From: Pseudovirgaria hyperparasitica
Taxonomy: Eukaryota
Length of the DNA stretch: 64,000 bases
Assembly: GCA_010093815.1 (NCBI GenBank)
Contig: ML996576.1
Direction: 5' to 3' (one strand)
The notes under the pieces were generated by a model. The model did not search any database. It saw only the letters and a list, made by a program, of their open reading frames with translations, and was not told the DNA's origin. Shown here in pieces: positions 62,428 to 64,000 of the stretch. The translations under genes were made by a program, and so were the position numbers. The first letter of the stretch is position 1, and every line of letters starts with the position of its first letter.

Positions 62428-64000
62428 TGTCAGCGGGCCACACTTTTTTTTTGCCGAGGGCACACACCTTGAAAGCATACTCATATACATCAAACCTACT
62501 CCCCCCCTCTCTAAATATCCCTCTCTTCGTACGTAATACGTGCCTATCTATATATATTTTCTCTCTTTATATAATGGCGTAATAGATAGCCTATCTCTAG
62601 ATGGAGATTATCTTAAAATATACCTCTAGTTATACCTAGAATGATCTCCTAGCCTAGATTAAGCGTGTACATAGTATTATAGTATCCTATCGTACGCTTA
62701 AGCGCTATTTCTCTATATAGAAGATTTAAAAGGACTCTTCTTTACTTCCCTCTTCCGTACGAGAGAGCCTATAGAATAGAATCCGTACTCTTACCCTTAA
62801 ACTAGCTCTTCTAGATACTAAGATTATTCGGATCCTTTAAGAAGAAGGGTTTAAGATCTTACGGAGTTCTCTATATTACTATTATATAGATATAGGTATC
62901 GTATAAAAGGTACGGGGTATTAATATATAATAGGCTAAAAGTAAGAAGGTAATACAGCTCGTATAGGAAGGCTTAGAGTTAGGAGTAATTAATAGGTTTA
63001 GTCGAGGCCTACTCCATACATATTTCCTAGGAGCTAGAGTCTAGATTACACGGTATCTATACCCTTCTATCTATATATAAAGACTTATTCTAAGAATCTA
63101 TCTAGAGATTGGCTATTTTAGGCTATAAAGATCTTAAATCCAGAGGGCGTACGACGCCGCTATTATGATTTTCAGCGCTATAGAGGCTAGTATATTATAA
63201 AAGGTCCTAATTATATCTAGAGTATAGATAGGTACCATAAGCTTAGCTTATACGGTATTAAGATCTATGCCTATATAGATATATACTTAAGATATATTAT
63301 CTAGGCCTATATTAGTATCTTATCTACTATAGCAGTTAGTTATCTCTTTTAGTTTCTAGAAACTTTAAGAATTAGAGGTATCTAGCCACGCTTCGTACGA
63401 AGTGATAGAGGTAGTAAGATAACTTATATAGTAAATATTTAGTGGAATCTCCGCCAGGTTAATAACCTAGAGATTCTACTAAATTAATACTAGATATTTA
63501 GGATAAGTATATCTAATTAAAGGATTAAGGCTTAGTAGGCATAGCTTTCTAAGGCACTCTTATTCCGATAGAGGGTATGTATCGTACGGTAGTATATTAT
63601 ACTTAGCTAATAGATATTTAGAACTTCTTCTTAGAGCTTAAGTAGAGAGGTATCTTTAATATATAGAGTTATATAGATCGGATTACTATTTAGGTAATCT
63701 ATATCCCAATTCTCTATACGGAAGTTTCAAGCTTCGTATAGATATAGAATTAGTATCCTATTTAAAAATAGAGAGATCGACTATCTACTATCTCTAGACC
63801 ACCCGTACGAAATTACTTTATACTAGCTAAAGGTATTAAACGTGGAGTAGTACCTATTAATTAAGAGGCTCTTACTACTATCCGAGGCTAGGTAGGAGCT
63901 TAGGATATAGATATATATCTACTACCTAATATACTACTATAGTATACGAACTAGCTTAAAGATCTTAGCTTTAATAGAGGTATACCGCTTCGTACGGCTA
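62428..64000 (+). mobile_element. RIP-inactivated DNA transposon with DDE integrase-core (IS481/IS3-like) transposase; truncated by window end
   Basis: Very TpA-rich. Reversing C>T and G>A changes recovers RTLKRxFxxW, DPEGVRRR, GPNYIWSIDGYHKL..YGIEIYACIDAYSRYIIW (about 63200-63305), PRFVRSDRG (about 63390-63411) and NQRIEAWW (about 63515-63540). Candidate left end TGTCAGCGGGCCACAC at 62428. Confidence 0.8.

Overview
Eukaryotic window from a filamentous ascomycete: short GT-AG introns with CTAAC/CTGAC branch sites, and RIP-mutated repeats. A Dothideomycete plant associate such as Elsinoe/Sphaceloma is plausible but is inference only. Left end (1-4.6 kb): an accessory island with a GH18 chitinase-like gene lacking its catalytic residues, a 20-bp minisatellite, a putative tRNA-dependent cyclodipeptide synthase (CDPS) and an HsbA-like secreted protein. 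5.6-18 kb: housekeeping block (PNP1, RSM10, a CYLD-like deubiquitinase, MRPL7, RAD16). 19-41 kb: looser region with an APH-like kinase, a MAPEG protein, a U6 snRNA gene, a candidate C/D snoRNA, a CE16 esterase, an F-box protein, a bilirubin-oxidase-like multicopper oxidase and a Cdc34-like E2. 42-55 kb: a four-gene gibberellin cluster (P450-4, CPS/KS, P450-1, P450-2) with no ggs2, des or P450-3 in the window. Right end: an F-box protein, a secreted protein with deaminase-like Zn motifs, an SGNH hydrolase and a RIP-destroyed DDE transposon. Best novelty candidates are the fungal CDPS, the rearranged ggs2-less GA cluster and the secreted deaminase-like protein. All family calls come from motif recognition and recalled reference sequences; no searches were run. 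Exon boundaries were read by eye.
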